From NCBI GenBank assembly GCA_015231815.1, contig JADGAW010000001.1, forward strand, positions 1 to 59,515: DNA of 59,515 nt, read 5' to 3'. Below the pieces are notes generated by a model. It worked only from the letters and a program-made list of their open reading frames with translations, did not search any database and was not told the DNA's origin. This document shows positions 35,700-44,627 of this stretch, one piece after another. Position numbers and translations under genes: made by a program. The stretch is from Nitrospinota bacterium. GTDB taxonomy: Bacteria > Nitrospinota_A > JADGAW01. Within the stretch, counting starts at the first letter, position 1. Each line of letters opens with the position of its first letter.

Positions 35700-38225
35700 A
35701 TGAGCAAAAGTAACCTGCACGAGTTAATCTACGAAAAAATTCTCATTATTGATGGAGCAATGGGAACCCTTATTCAGCAAAGCAATCCAACTGCCGCTGA
35801 TTTTGGTGGAGAAGAATATGAGGGCTGTAATGAAAACCTTGTTATTACCAAGCCGGAAATAATTGAAAACATTCACTTACAATATTTGCAGGCTGGAGCA
35901 AACATTATCGAGACCAATACCTTTGGGGGTACTGAGGTTGTTTTAGGTGAATATAACTTACAAAATCAATATGATGCTATAAATAAGAGTGCGGTTAACG
36001 TTGCACGAAATGCCATAGTAAAGTCAGGAAAACAAGATGTATTTATTGCTGGTTCTGTTGGGCCAACAACGTTTTCCCTTTCACTTACAGGAGGTGTTAC
36101 CTTTGATGTTCTTCAGGATAATTTCAGAAGGCAAATTATTTCTTTAATTGAGGGCGGTTCTGACCTTATTTTGATTGAAACATCTCAGGACAGTTTAAAT
36201 CTTAAGGCAGCAACCTCAGCTTACATTGATGCAGTTAATGTAACTGGTATAAAGCTTCCCCTCATGATTTCCGGCACAATTGAAGCCTCAGGAAAAATGC
36301 TTGGAGGACAAAATGTCGAGGCATTTTATGCTTCAGTTATGCATCTTCCATTTTTAACAATTGGATTAAATTGCGCAACTGGTCCAGACCTTATGGCGAC
36401 TCATATTCGGGTGTTATCTGGGCTTTCTAAGAACGGTGTACATGTTTCTCCAAATGCTGGAATGCCTGATGAAAACGGTGATTACCCTGAAACCCCCGAT
36501 GTGTATTCTGAAAAAATCAAACGATTTATTGATAACGGTTGGGTAAACGTTCTAGGCGGATGTTGTGGAACAACTCCGGGACACATTAAAAAGCTTGCAG
36601 AAGTTGCAACTGGAAGAAAGCCACGACAACCCATCATAAATAATGTTTCTATTTATTCAGGCATTGACTTTCAGGTTTCAGACGAAGAAAACCGACCTCT
36701 GATGATAGGAGAAAGAACCAATGTTATTGGCAGTCGTCTTTTTAAGGAGTTAATTGTTGACAAAAAATTTGTTGAAGCTGTTGAGGTTGGCAGAAAACAG
36801 GTAAGAACTGGAGCACATATTATTGATGTTTGTCTTGCTAATCCAGACAGTGATGAGTTGGAGGACATGAAAACCTTTTTAACGCAACTTGCTAAAGTTA
36901 TAAAAGTTCCGGTAATGATTGACTCCACTGATACCAAGGTCGTAGAGGAGGCTTTAAAACTTATCCAGGGTAAAGCTTTAATTAATTCCATTAACCTTGA
37001 AGACGGCGAGAAAAAGTTCGAAGAGATCACTTCTCTGATGAAACGATACGGAGCAGCTGTAGTTGTTGGAACAATTGACGAAGACCCGGAACAGGGTATG
37101 GCAGTAACAAAAGAAAGAAAGCTCAAAATTGCTGAAAGGAGCTATAAGCTTCTAACAGAAAAATATGGTGTAGCTGGTGAAGATATTATATTTGACCCCC
37201 TTGTTTTCCCTGTTGGAACTGGAGATAAAGCTTACATGGATTCAGCAAAGGAAACCATTGAAGGTATTAAGGCTATAAAAAAAGCTTTTCCTCTTGCTAA
37301 GACTATTCTTGGACTTTCCAACGTTTCCTTCGGGCTTCCTCCTGTTGGGAGAAAAATTCTTAACTCTGTGATGCTTTATCATTCCATTCAAGATGGACTC
37401 GATATGGCAATTGCAAATCCTGCAGGAATTGTTCGTTATGCAACAATTCCTGAAAATGAGAGGAAACTGGCAGAAAAACTTATCTACGAAAATTCAGATG
37501 AAGCAATTGAACAGTTTGCAGCATATTTTAGAGAAGCTAAGGTGGAAAAGGTTGCTCTCACCGACAAGAAACTTTCTGTCGAAGAAAGAATTGCAGAACA
37601 TTTAATTGAGGGTATTAGGGAAAACCTTTTAGAAAACCTTGATGAAGCACTACAAAAATACAAGCCTCTTGAACTCATAAACGGTCCTCTTATGGAGGGT
37701 ATGGCTCGTGTAGGAAAACTCTTTAACAATAACGAGCTTATTGTTGCTGAGGTTTTACAAAGTGCAGAAGTGATGAAGGTTGCAGTTGATTATTTAGAGC
37801 CAAAAATGTTTGGTGATGAAAAGGAAGCTCAGGCAAAATCCAAAAAGAAGTTTTTATTGGCAACGGTGAAAGGCGATGTTCACGATATTGGAAAAGATTT
37901 AGTGGATATTATTCTTTCCAATAATGGCTATGAAGTAATAAATCTTGGAATTAAAATTCCTCCGGAAAAAATTATTGAGGCGGTGGAAGAACATAAACCT
38001 GATGCCATTGGCTTAAGCGGACTTCTTGTTAAATCCGCACTGCAAATGGTTACAACTGCCGAAGAACTTCGGGCAAAAGGGATAAGCATTCCTCTTCTTG
38101 TTGGTGGTGCTGCCCTAACCCAAAAGTTTACCGAGTCTAAAATTGAGCCTGCCTACGGAGCAAACGTTTATTACGCAAAAGATGCCATGAACGCAATTCC
38201 CATTCTCCAAAAAACTTTGGGATAA
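35700..38225 (+). CDS. metH: Cobalamin-dependent methionine synthase, short form (Hcy-binding, pterin-binding, B12-cap and B12-binding domains; no AdoMet activation domain)
   Basis: 841 aa. 'IIDGAMGT', 'GGCCGTTP', pterin-binding region and 'GDVHDIGK' (DxHxxG cobalamin motif). It ends right after the B12-binding domain. Confidence 0.93.
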   Translation: MSKSNLHELIYEKILIIDGAMGTLIQQSNPTAADFGGEEYEGCNENLVITKPEIIENIHLQYLQAGANIIETNTFGGTEVVLGEYNLQNQYDAINKSAVNVARNAIVKSGKQDVFIAGSVGPTTFSLSLTGGVTFDVLQDNFRRQIISLIEGGSDLILIETSQDSLNLKAATSAYIDAVNVTGIKLPLMISGTIEASGKMLGGQNVEAFYASVMHLPFLTIGLNCATGPDLMATHIRVLSGLSKNGVHVSPNAGMPDENGDYPETPDVYSEKIKRFIDNGWVNVLGGCCGTTPGHIKKLAEVATGRKPRQPIINNVSIYSGIDFQVSDEENRPLMIGERTNVIGSRLFKELIVDKKFVEAVEVGRKQVRTGAHIIDVCLANPDSDELEDMKTFLTQLAKVIKVPVMIDSTDTKVVEEALKLIQGKALINSINLEDGEKKFEEITSLMKRYGAAVVVGTIDEDPEQGMAVTKERKLKIAERSYKLLTEKYGVAGEDIIFDPLVFPVGTGDKAYMDSAKETIEGIKAIKKAFPLAKTILGLSNVSFGLPPVGRKILNSVMLYHSIQDGLDMAIANPAGIVRYATIPENERKLAEKLIYENSDEAIEQFAAYFREAKVEKVALTDKKLSVEERIAEHLIEGIRENLLENLDEALQKYKPLELINGPLMEGMARVGKLFNNNELIVAEVLQSAEVMKVAVDYLEPKMFGDEKEAQAKSKKKFLLATVKGDVHDIGKDLVDIILSNNGYEVINLGIKIPPEKIIEAVEEHKPDAIGLSGLLVKSALQMVTTAEELRAKGISIPLLVGGAALTQKFTESKIEPAYGANVYYAKDAMNAIPILQKTLG

Positions 38226-38343
38226 ATATTAATGATTTTGATGACGAATGTAAATATCATAAAAAAGTCTAAAGTGATTTTGCAAGGCGGACGATACATG
38301 ATATAAATGTCATTAAATATTAAATTATTTGGGAGTATTCATT

Positions 38344-38811
38344 ATGAAAGTTGACAATAACGGAACAGTACAGGGAACTGGTGGAATAAATAAAAACCAG
38401 AACGCTAACAAACCGGGAAACATAAACTTTTCTGATTTTCTTGATAGAGCAGCGGAGGTAGGTCAAACTCAACTGACACCTCAAACCGGAGGGGTATCTC
38501 AAATACCCAACCTTTCACCGCTTTCACCTTTATTTAAGTTGCAAACCGATAGTTCTTCCTCTATTAGAGAAAGTGGGATGAACCAACTTGATAATCTCCT
38601 TACCTCTTTGGAAATGTACGTCAATGCCCTTAAGAATAATCAGGTTGATAAAGAAAGGCTAAAACCACTTCTTGACGAACTGATTATGAAAAAGGACGAA
38701 CTTTCCGCAACCGTGTCAAAGTTACCGGAAAATGATGAATTAAGAACTCTCGTGAACGGAGCTCTATATTCCGTTACACAGGAAGCAATAAACTTCCAAT
38801 CATACAACTAA
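38344..38811 (+). CDS. Hypothetical protein (N/Q/G-rich N-terminus, helical C-terminus)
   Basis: ATG at 38344 is preceded by GGGAG (38331-38335) and followed by a strong terminator. I cannot assign a family with confidence. Confidence 0.5.
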   Translation: MKVDNNGTVQGTGGINKNQNANKPGNINFSDFLDRAAEVGQTQLTPQTGGVSQIPNLSPLSPLFKLQTDSSSSIRESGMNQLDNLLTSLEMYVNALKNNQVDKERLKPLLDELIMKKDELSATVSKLPENDELRTLVNGALYSVTQEAINFQSYN

Positions 38812-38827
38812 CCAGATAGTTCCAGGC

Positions 38828-38878
38828 AAGCTCTCCAACAATTGTAACGCCGAAACGGTTGTTGGGGAGCTTTTTTTA
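38828..38878 (+). terminator. Rho-independent terminator
   Basis: Stem aagctctccaacaa / ttgttggggagctt (13 Watson-Crick pairs plus one G:U), followed by T7 (38871-38877). Confidence 0.8.
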
Positions 38879-38940
38879 TGTCCACCCCCTCCTTTGATAT
38901 AATTTCTCTTTTTCTATAGGTGTTTAAGCATTAATAATTC

Positions 38941-39002
38941 TAAAGTTTATAGCTTCAAACCTTTTTAACCTTTCGACCTTGTAACGTTCTAACCCATTAA
39001 AC
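38941..39002 (+). repeat. G-poor 'ttcaaacc / tttaacc / tcgacc / tctaaccc' motif run upstream of pth
   Basis: taaagtttatagcttcaaacctttttaacctttcgaccttgtaacgttctaacccattaaac. It shares the 'ttcaaacc' and 'ttctaacc' words with 24060-24098. Confidence 0.6.
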
Positions 39003-39551
39003 ATGAGCGAAAAATTTCTTATTGTCGGACTGGGAAATTACGAGCAAAAATACCTCGGCAATAGGCATAACGTTGGTTTTATGGTAGTTGACCAAATTTG
39101 CAGAGATAATTTTATCCAGCTAACGTTTAAGGAAAAATTCAAGGGGGAATTTGCAGAATGTACCCTTTTTGGAACTCAGGTCATTCTCTTAAAGCCTCAT
39201 ACCTACATGAACCTCAGCGGAAAATCTGTTGCTCCGCTGGCAAAGTTCCACAACATTAGCGTTGGAAATATTATTGTCATACACGATGAACTTGATTTTC
39301 ATCTCGGAAAGGTACAGTCAAAGTTTGGAGGAGGACTTGCCGGACACAACGGACTAAAATCAATCCATGAAGATACTGGCTCTAAGGATTTCCACCGTAT
39401 TCGGGTTGGTATAGGAAGACCTGCGGTAAAAGAGGAGGTCGTTAGGCACGTTCTTTCCAACTTTAAGCCCGAAGAGAAGAAAAAGCTGGAGGAGGAAATT
39501 TTTCCAGCAACCTTTGAAGCACTGGAAGAAATAATCAAGAAAAACAGTTAA
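39003..39551 (+). CDS. pth: Peptidyl-tRNA hydrolase
   Basis: 'LIVGLGNYEQKYLGNRHNVGF', 'KPHTYMNLSG', 'VIHDELD', 'GGLAGHNGLKS'. Confidence 0.93.
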   Translation: MSEKFLIVGLGNYEQKYLGNRHNVGFMVVDQICRDNFIQLTFKEKFKGEFAECTLFGTQVILLKPHTYMNLSGKSVAPLAKFHNISVGNIIVIHDELDFHLGKVQSKFGGGLAGHNGLKSIHEDTGSKDFHRIRVGIGRPAVKEEVVRHVLSNFKPEEKKKLEEEIFPATFEALEEIIKKNS

Positions 39552-39610
39552 ATGTGACTGACTTACTAAATCTGAGTTCAGTATAAAATTTATCTCTGAA
39601 TATGTAGAGT

Positions 39611-39627
39611 GGTTTGAAAGTTGAAAG
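39611..39627. repeat. Reverse-complement copy of the 'ctttcaactttcaaacc' word
   Basis: ggtttgaaagttgaaag is the reverse complement of ctttcaactttcaaacc (compare 24062-24086). It lies in the convergent pth/grx spacer. Confidence 0.6.
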
Positions 39628-39723
39628 ACTATCTTATTTTTACTCTTTTATGCTTTAAACCGTATAACTTAAATCCACTTTATTGTGCCATAGGGATCTA
39701 TTCATCCGTAATACTCAAAAAGC

Positions 39724-39975
39724 TTACTGCAACAACTCATCAAGTTTTCCTTCGGCTTCCAAGGCGTATAAATCATCGCAACCTCCAATAGATCTTCCGT
39801 TAATTACAATTTGCGGCACGGTTCTTCCTACGGCGACCTTGAACATTTCTTCCTGCAACGCAGGGTCGTGGGTTACGTCAATCACCTCATATTCCACATT
39901 TTTTTTATTTAAGAGGTTCATTGCTTTTGTGCAGTAGGGGCAATACTCCTTTTTATACATTTTTATTTTTGCCAT
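39724..39975 (-). CDS. grxC: Glutaredoxin
   Basis: 83 aa with 'CPYC' active site, 'TVPQIVINGRSIGGCDDL'. Confidence 0.9.
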   Translation of the reverse strand: MAKIKMYKKEYCPYCTKAMNLLNKKNVEYEVIDVTHDPALQEEMFKVAVGRTVPQIVINGRSIGGCDDLYALEAEGKLDELLQ

Positions 39976-40055
39976 AGGGATTTTTGTTTATGAATAACGA
40001 TATAATTAACAGATTCAAAATTGAATCAACATTATAAATCATATTTATTTTCTCT

Positions 40056-40556
40056 ATGCCAGAACCACAACAGTTATGGGCTCCCTGGAGGATGCAATTT
40101 ATTCTTGGCAACAAAGATGATGCCTGCGTTTTTTGCCTTGAGAATATTCCACCGGAAATGGACGAGGAAAAACTAATACTTTACCGAGGTAAAACTAATT
40201 TTGTCATAATGAACCTCTACCCTTATAACTGCTCTCACCTGCTGGTTGTCCCTTACCGTCATATATCGAACATTGAGGATCTTACCGAGGAAGAATTATT
40301 GGAGATGTCTCTGTTAACAAGGAAATCAATTGCAGTTATAAAAGAAAAAAATAACCCGGAGGGTTTTAATATCGGTATGAATTTGGGAAAATGTGCAGGT
40401 GCCGGCATTGCTGACCATATACACCAACATATTGTTCCGAGGTGGACTGGTGACACAAACTTTCTTCCTCTTCTTTCAGGAACAAGGTGTATGCCACAAT
40501 ATTTATCAGAAACATACAAAATACTTAAATCTGGTTTTAAGGAGTACATTTCATGA
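40056..40556 (+). CDS. HIT-family nucleotide hydrolase/transferase (Ap4A-phosphorylase-like)
   Basis: 'LWAPWRMQFI' N-terminus and histidine triad 'HIHQHIVPRW'. Confidence 0.85.
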   Translation: MPEPQQLWAPWRMQFILGNKDDACVFCLENIPPEMDEEKLILYRGKTNFVIMNLYPYNCSHLLVVPYRHISNIEDLTEEELLEMSLLTRKSIAVIKEKNNPEGFNIGMNLGKCAGAGIADHIHQHIVPRWTGDTNFLPLLSGTRCMPQYLSETYKILKSGFKEYIS

Positions 40557-41095
40557 AGGTAACAGAAACAAAATTAAAGGGAGCTTATATTCTTGAACCA
40601 AGAATTTTTAATGATTCCCGGGGATATTTTTTTGAATCCTACAACAAAAAAACCTTTCATGAACTGGGAATTATGACCGAATTCCAGCAGGACAATCATT
40701 CCTACTCTGTTAAGGGAACCCTCAGAGGACTCCATTATCAGCTTGAACCAATGGCTCAGGAAAAGCTGGTTCGGGTAATTGAAGGAGAGGTTTTGGACTT
40801 CATTGTTGATATTCGAAAAAAGTCTCCAACCTTTGGTGAATGGGTTTCCGTAAAATTAAGTGGAGAGAATCGTAAATCATTTTATGTTCCTGTCGGGTTT
40901 GCCCATGGTTTTTGCGTTTTAAGTGAAACCGTTCATTTTCTCTACAAATGCTCGAACCTTTATTCTCCCAAGGACGAACGAGGAATTATATGGAACGACC
41001 CTGAACTTGCTATCGATTGGCAAATTGAAAACCCAATTATTTCAGAAAGAGATCAAAAAAATCCTCTTTTTAAGGACGTAATTGATTTCTTTTAG
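40553..41095 (+). CDS. rfbC: dTDP-4-dehydrorhamnose 3,5-epimerase
   Basis: 'FNDSRGYFFESY', 'QDNHSYSVKGTLRGLHYQ', 'KLVRVIEGEVLDFIVDIR', 'VPVGFAHGF'. Overlaps the HIT gene stop as ATGA. Confidence 0.93.
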   Translation: MKVTETKLKGAYILEPRIFNDSRGYFFESYNKKTFHELGIMTEFQQDNHSYSVKGTLRGLHYQLEPMAQEKLVRVIEGEVLDFIVDIRKKSPTFGEWVSVKLSGENRKSFYVPVGFAHGFCVLSETVHFLYKCSNLYSPKDERGIIWNDPELAIDWQIENPIISERDQKNPLFKDVIDFF

Positions 41096-41160
41096 TCTTT
41101 GTAAAAAAAATCTCTGAGGAACTCAGGTTAAAATATCTTCTCACTTCAACAAAAAAGAGT

Positions 41161-41448
41161 ATGGGAAAAATAAAATATGAAGATGCACTGGTAAAGTTGG
41201 AATCAATTGTAAGCCACCTTGAAAATGATGATATCGAGTTGGAAGATGCCTTAAATAAATTTGAGGAAGGCATTAAGATGGCAAAGGAATGTAGTAGCCA
41301 ACTCGATGCAGCAGAGAAAAAAATCAACCTTCTCACAACTGATTTGGAGGGCAGTTTTAAAACTGAGACCTTTAAGGTCTCTGGTGGGGAAAAGGAATTC
41401 CTTCAACCTGAACAAAACTCATCAACGAACGAAGAACCTCCCTTTTGA
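41161..41448 (+). CDS. xseB: Exodeoxyribonuclease VII small subunit
   Basis: 'YEDALVKLESIVSHLENDDIELEDALNKFEEGIKMAKECSSQLDAAEKKI' matches the XseB helical hairpin. Confidence 0.85.
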   Translation: MGKIKYEDALVKLESIVSHLENDDIELEDALNKFEEGIKMAKECSSQLDAAEKKINLLTTDLEGSFKTETFKVSGGEKEFLQPEQNSSTNEEPPF

Positions 41449-42335
41449 ATATCAAAAATTATCTCTCAGTAAATATAGAGCGTGTTAACTCCGTATTGGA
41501 TGAATTACTCGTTGAAGAGAATCATTATCCGGAAAATATCAGTAATGCCGTTAGATATTCGGTCTTTGCCGGGGGTAAGCGAATTCGTCCCTTGCTGTCA
41601 ATAGCCGCTTCTGAATGTCTTGGTATTAACCCTGAACGTTTTATCAGGTTTGGTGCCGCCATTGAACTGATTCACACCTACACCCTCATTCACGATGATT
41701 TGCCCTGCATTGACAACGATGATTACCGGCGGGGGAAAAAAACCTGCCATAAAGTTTTTGGAGAGGCCTTGGCAGTTCTTGCCGGAGATGCTTTGCAAAC
41801 ATGTGCCTTTGAAGTTTTTTCACAATCAATTGAGGCTGAAAATATAAATCCGAAAAACCAACTTAACGCTCTATGGGAGTTTACCCGAGCTATTGGAATT
41901 GATGGAACAATTGGAGGTCAGGTTGTTGATATTGAATCCGAGGGAAAGGAAATGACAGCATCAACCCTCGAATATATTCACGATAAAAAAACCGGAGCTC
42001 TCATTCTTTTTTCCGTTAAACTTCCTGCCCTTCTGGAAGGAAGTAATGAAAAATCCCTGAAAGCACTGTCCCTTTTTGGGGAAAAAATCGGACTGGCTTT
42101 TCAGGTGGTTGACGATATTCTTGACATAACCGGCAATGAGAAAACCTTAGGTAAAACACCGGGTAAAGATGAAAAATCAAAGAAACTTACCTACCCTTCC
42201 CTTTACGGAATAGAAAAATCACGGGAAATTGCTGATACACTTTATGGAGAAGCAGTAAATGCTCTTGATATGTTTGGAAATAATGCAAATAATTTAAAAT
42301 CAATTGCGGAATTAATTGTCAAAAGGAACAGTTAA
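41445..42335 (+). CDS. ispA: Polyprenyl (farnesyl/geranylgeranyl) diphosphate synthase
   Basis: FARM 'LIHDDLPCIDNDDYRRG' and SARM 'VDDILD'. TTG start overlaps the xseB stop, the classic xseB-ispA arrangement. Confidence 0.9.
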   Translation: MNIKNYLSVNIERVNSVLDELLVEENHYPENISNAVRYSVFAGGKRIRPLLSIAASECLGINPERFIRFGAAIELIHTYTLIHDDLPCIDNDDYRRGKKTCHKVFGEALAVLAGDALQTCAFEVFSQSIEAENINPKNQLNALWEFTRAIGIDGTIGGQVVDIESEGKEMTASTLEYIHDKKTGALILFSVKLPALLEGSNEKSLKALSLFGEKIGLAFQVVDDILDITGNEKTLGKTPGKDEKSKKLTYPSLYGIEKSREIADTLYGEAVNALDMFGNNANNLKSIAELIVKRNS

Positions 42336-43115
42336 ATGTCGGATGAAGAAATAATAGAGGAACCTCAGCAGCCGGAAGAAAGCTCAAATCATGAGAAAAA
42401 GGCAGAACCTTCCCATGAACTGTACTCAGAAACTGAAGAAGAAAAAACTGAATATCCCAAAGAGGTTTATCCTGAATTTGAAAGAGATGGCAGTAACAAA
42501 TTTAAGTCCTTTTTTGAAGCGGTTACAACTATCTTGATGTCACCCGGACTTTTTTTCGGCAAACTCAGCTTAGATAACGGACTTGCTTACCCATTGATTT
42601 TTGGAATAATTATTTACTTCATTAACTCAATTGGTGGCTCAGCAGTACATTTATTTGAATTTATTCTTATTCTTTTAACAGACCCCACCTCAAGCTCTTC
42701 CGCCTCTTTAATTTCAGCCTTGGTTACTCCACTTATTACTGTTTTTCTTGCTCCTGTTACATTACTGGTTTCCGCTATTATTTACCATCTTATTTTCAAA
42801 CTTTTTAAGTATGATTTTAATGGCTTTGAGGCAACGGTTCGATTGGTTTGTTACTCTTCTGCTCCCTTGATAATAGGCATTCTTCCTTTTTGTGGAAGTT
42901 TTATTGGATTTATATGGTCAGCTATTGCCATGGTGGTTGGGATGCAAATTGTTTGTAGAATGACTACTGGCTGGGCAATACTGATTTACCTTATTCCGGT
43001 TATTTTTGTTTGTAGTTGTTTTGCTTTGGTTGCTGCCGTTGGGGGACTTGCCTTCTTCATGACCATCTTTCCGTCTCTGGAACAATTTCAGGACGTCCTC
43101 CTTCAGGAAGTCTAA
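42336..43115 (+). CDS. Yip1-domain-like polytopic membrane protein with an acidic N-terminus
   Basis: Acidic ~60-aa N-terminus, then about five hydrophobic helices. The family assignment is tentative. Confidence 0.5.
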   Translation: MSDEEIIEEPQQPEESSNHEKKAEPSHELYSETEEEKTEYPKEVYPEFERDGSNKFKSFFEAVTTILMSPGLFFGKLSLDNGLAYPLIFGIIIYFINSIGGSAVHLFEFILILLTDPTSSSSASLISALVTPLITVFLAPVTLLVSAIIYHLIFKLFKYDFNGFEATVRLVCYSSAPLIIGILPFCGSFIGFIWSAIAMVVGMQIVCRMTTGWAILIYLIPVIFVCSCFALVAAVGGLAFFMTIFPSLEQFQDVLLQEV

Positions 43116-43123
43116 CTGCTGAA

Positions 43124-43160
43124 AAATAGAGGTAGAATTTGATTTCTATCTCTATTTTTT
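43124..43160 (+). terminator. Rho-independent terminator
   Basis: aaatagaggtagaa / tttgat / ttctatctctattt (one G:U), followed by T-run to 43160. It lies 9 nt after the stop at 43113-43115. Confidence 0.7.
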
Positions 43161-43249
43161 GATAACTGAGCCTTCCCTTTTTTCGCTGTTACTTTGTAGT
43201 AAAAAACATTATTTTTTAACCAAATAACAAACGACAGACTCTTAGATTC

Positions 43250-44380
43250 TTAGAAAAAGCCACCCGCCCATAATTTTTTGAGAAAAGATTGCCACGGGAT
43301 GATCTTTATGTCGTCCTTTGTTGTTCTTTCTGTAAAATCACGACTTATTATTGCAAAGTTTTGTATTAATCCTTCTTCCTTTAATGCCCTCAGCCCCTTC
43401 AAGTGTCTATCATTGACCTGTTTCGCACCTTTTATCTCAAAGCCCCAAAGATCATCAACAATGACATCAACCTCGTATTGAGAGGTTGACCTCCAATAAT
43501 AAAGGATTTTATTAGACCTTGAGTAAGAGATATAGGCTCTTAACTCCAAAACAATAAAGTGTTCAAATGCCTTTCCAAAGAGTTCTGAATCAAATACAAC
43601 ATGACCTCGTCCCGTTAACGAAGCGGTTACTCCAATATCAAAAAAATAAAATTTCGACCGACTAATTGCCTTTCTTTTTTTTGTTTTTGTAAAAGCTCTG
43701 AGATTAAATGTCAACAACGTATCCTCTAAAACCTCAAAATAGCTTTTTATCGTATTTCCTGACACCCCACAATCACTTGCCAAATTTTGGTAGCTTATTT
43801 CCTGACCATTGGTAAGAGCCAGAAGCTCCATGAACTCAGAAAATCGAGCAATATTTCTCGTTACCGCCTCGTGCAAAACCTCTTCCCTTAAATATAGAGC
43901 TGTATATGCCCGTAACTCTTCTTCATAGTCATCACTTAAATATATTGCCGGAAGTCCTCCCCGATTTAAATAGGTCAAAAGGTCAAAGTCCTTTATTTCC
44001 TGAGATGTCAGCGGAAAAAGTTCGGCCCACCATGCTCTTCCAGCAAGAAGATTCACACCGCCTCTTTTAAGTTTTCTTGCACTGCTTCCAGTTAAAAGAA
44101 AGGTTATTTTTTGCGTTTCGATCAAATGGTGAACTTCATCCAACAGTTCAGGCAATTTCTGAACTTCATCAATAACAACAATTGATCGGAGGGTTTGTTC
44201 TGAAAGAAGGGAGGGGTTTTTCAAGTATTCACGGTAAACTTTATTTTCCAAAAGATTAATAACCGTTACATTCTGTAAGTCGCTCGCTATAAGGGTTGTT
44301 TTACCTGTCCCTCTTGGTCCAAAGAGAAAGAAGGATTTTCTTTTCAGAAGATTGATAAGAGACAATGTTCTCTTAAACAT
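43250..44380 (-). CDS. AAA+ ATPase with C-terminal DUF4143 domain
   Basis: Walker A 'LFGPRGTGKTT', Walker B 'VVIDEVQ'. The C-terminal 'YYWRS..Q.EVDVIV' segment is typical of the AAA_14/DUF4143 family. Confidence 0.85.
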   Translation of the reverse strand: MFKRTLSLINLLKRKSFFLFGPRGTGKTTLIASDLQNVTVINLLENKVYREYLKNPSLLSEQTLRSIVVIDEVQKLPELLDEVHHLIETQKITFLLTGSSARKLKRGGVNLLAGRAWWAELFPLTSQEIKDFDLLTYLNRGGLPAIYLSDDYEEELRAYTALYLREEVLHEAVTRNIARFSEFMELLALTNGQEISYQNLASDCGVSGNTIKSYFEVLEDTLLTFNLRAFTKTKKRKAISRSKFYFFDIGVTASLTGRGHVVFDSELFGKAFEHFIVLELRAYISYSRSNKILYYWRSTSQYEVDVIVDDLWGFEIKGAKQVNDRHLKGLRALKEEGLIQNFAIISRDFTERTTKDDIKIIPWQSFLKKLWAGGFF

Positions 44381-44627
44381 TACAAGCCTCTACTTAGGTT
44401 TATTATTATAGATTTAAGTAACGCTTAATTATATAATATAAAAATCAAAGTTAACCCAATGTATTTTTAGTTTTTTGAGATAAAACCAAAAAAGAGAGAA
44501 AAAAGCACTTTGCTTGAGTGTAATGAACTTTCAAATTTTTTCTATTTCTCAGCTATCTCAGTAGTAGGTAATATCTCGCAAATGTGCAGTAAGGTAAAGA
44601 TACTCATATGACTTCTTGACCAAAAGA

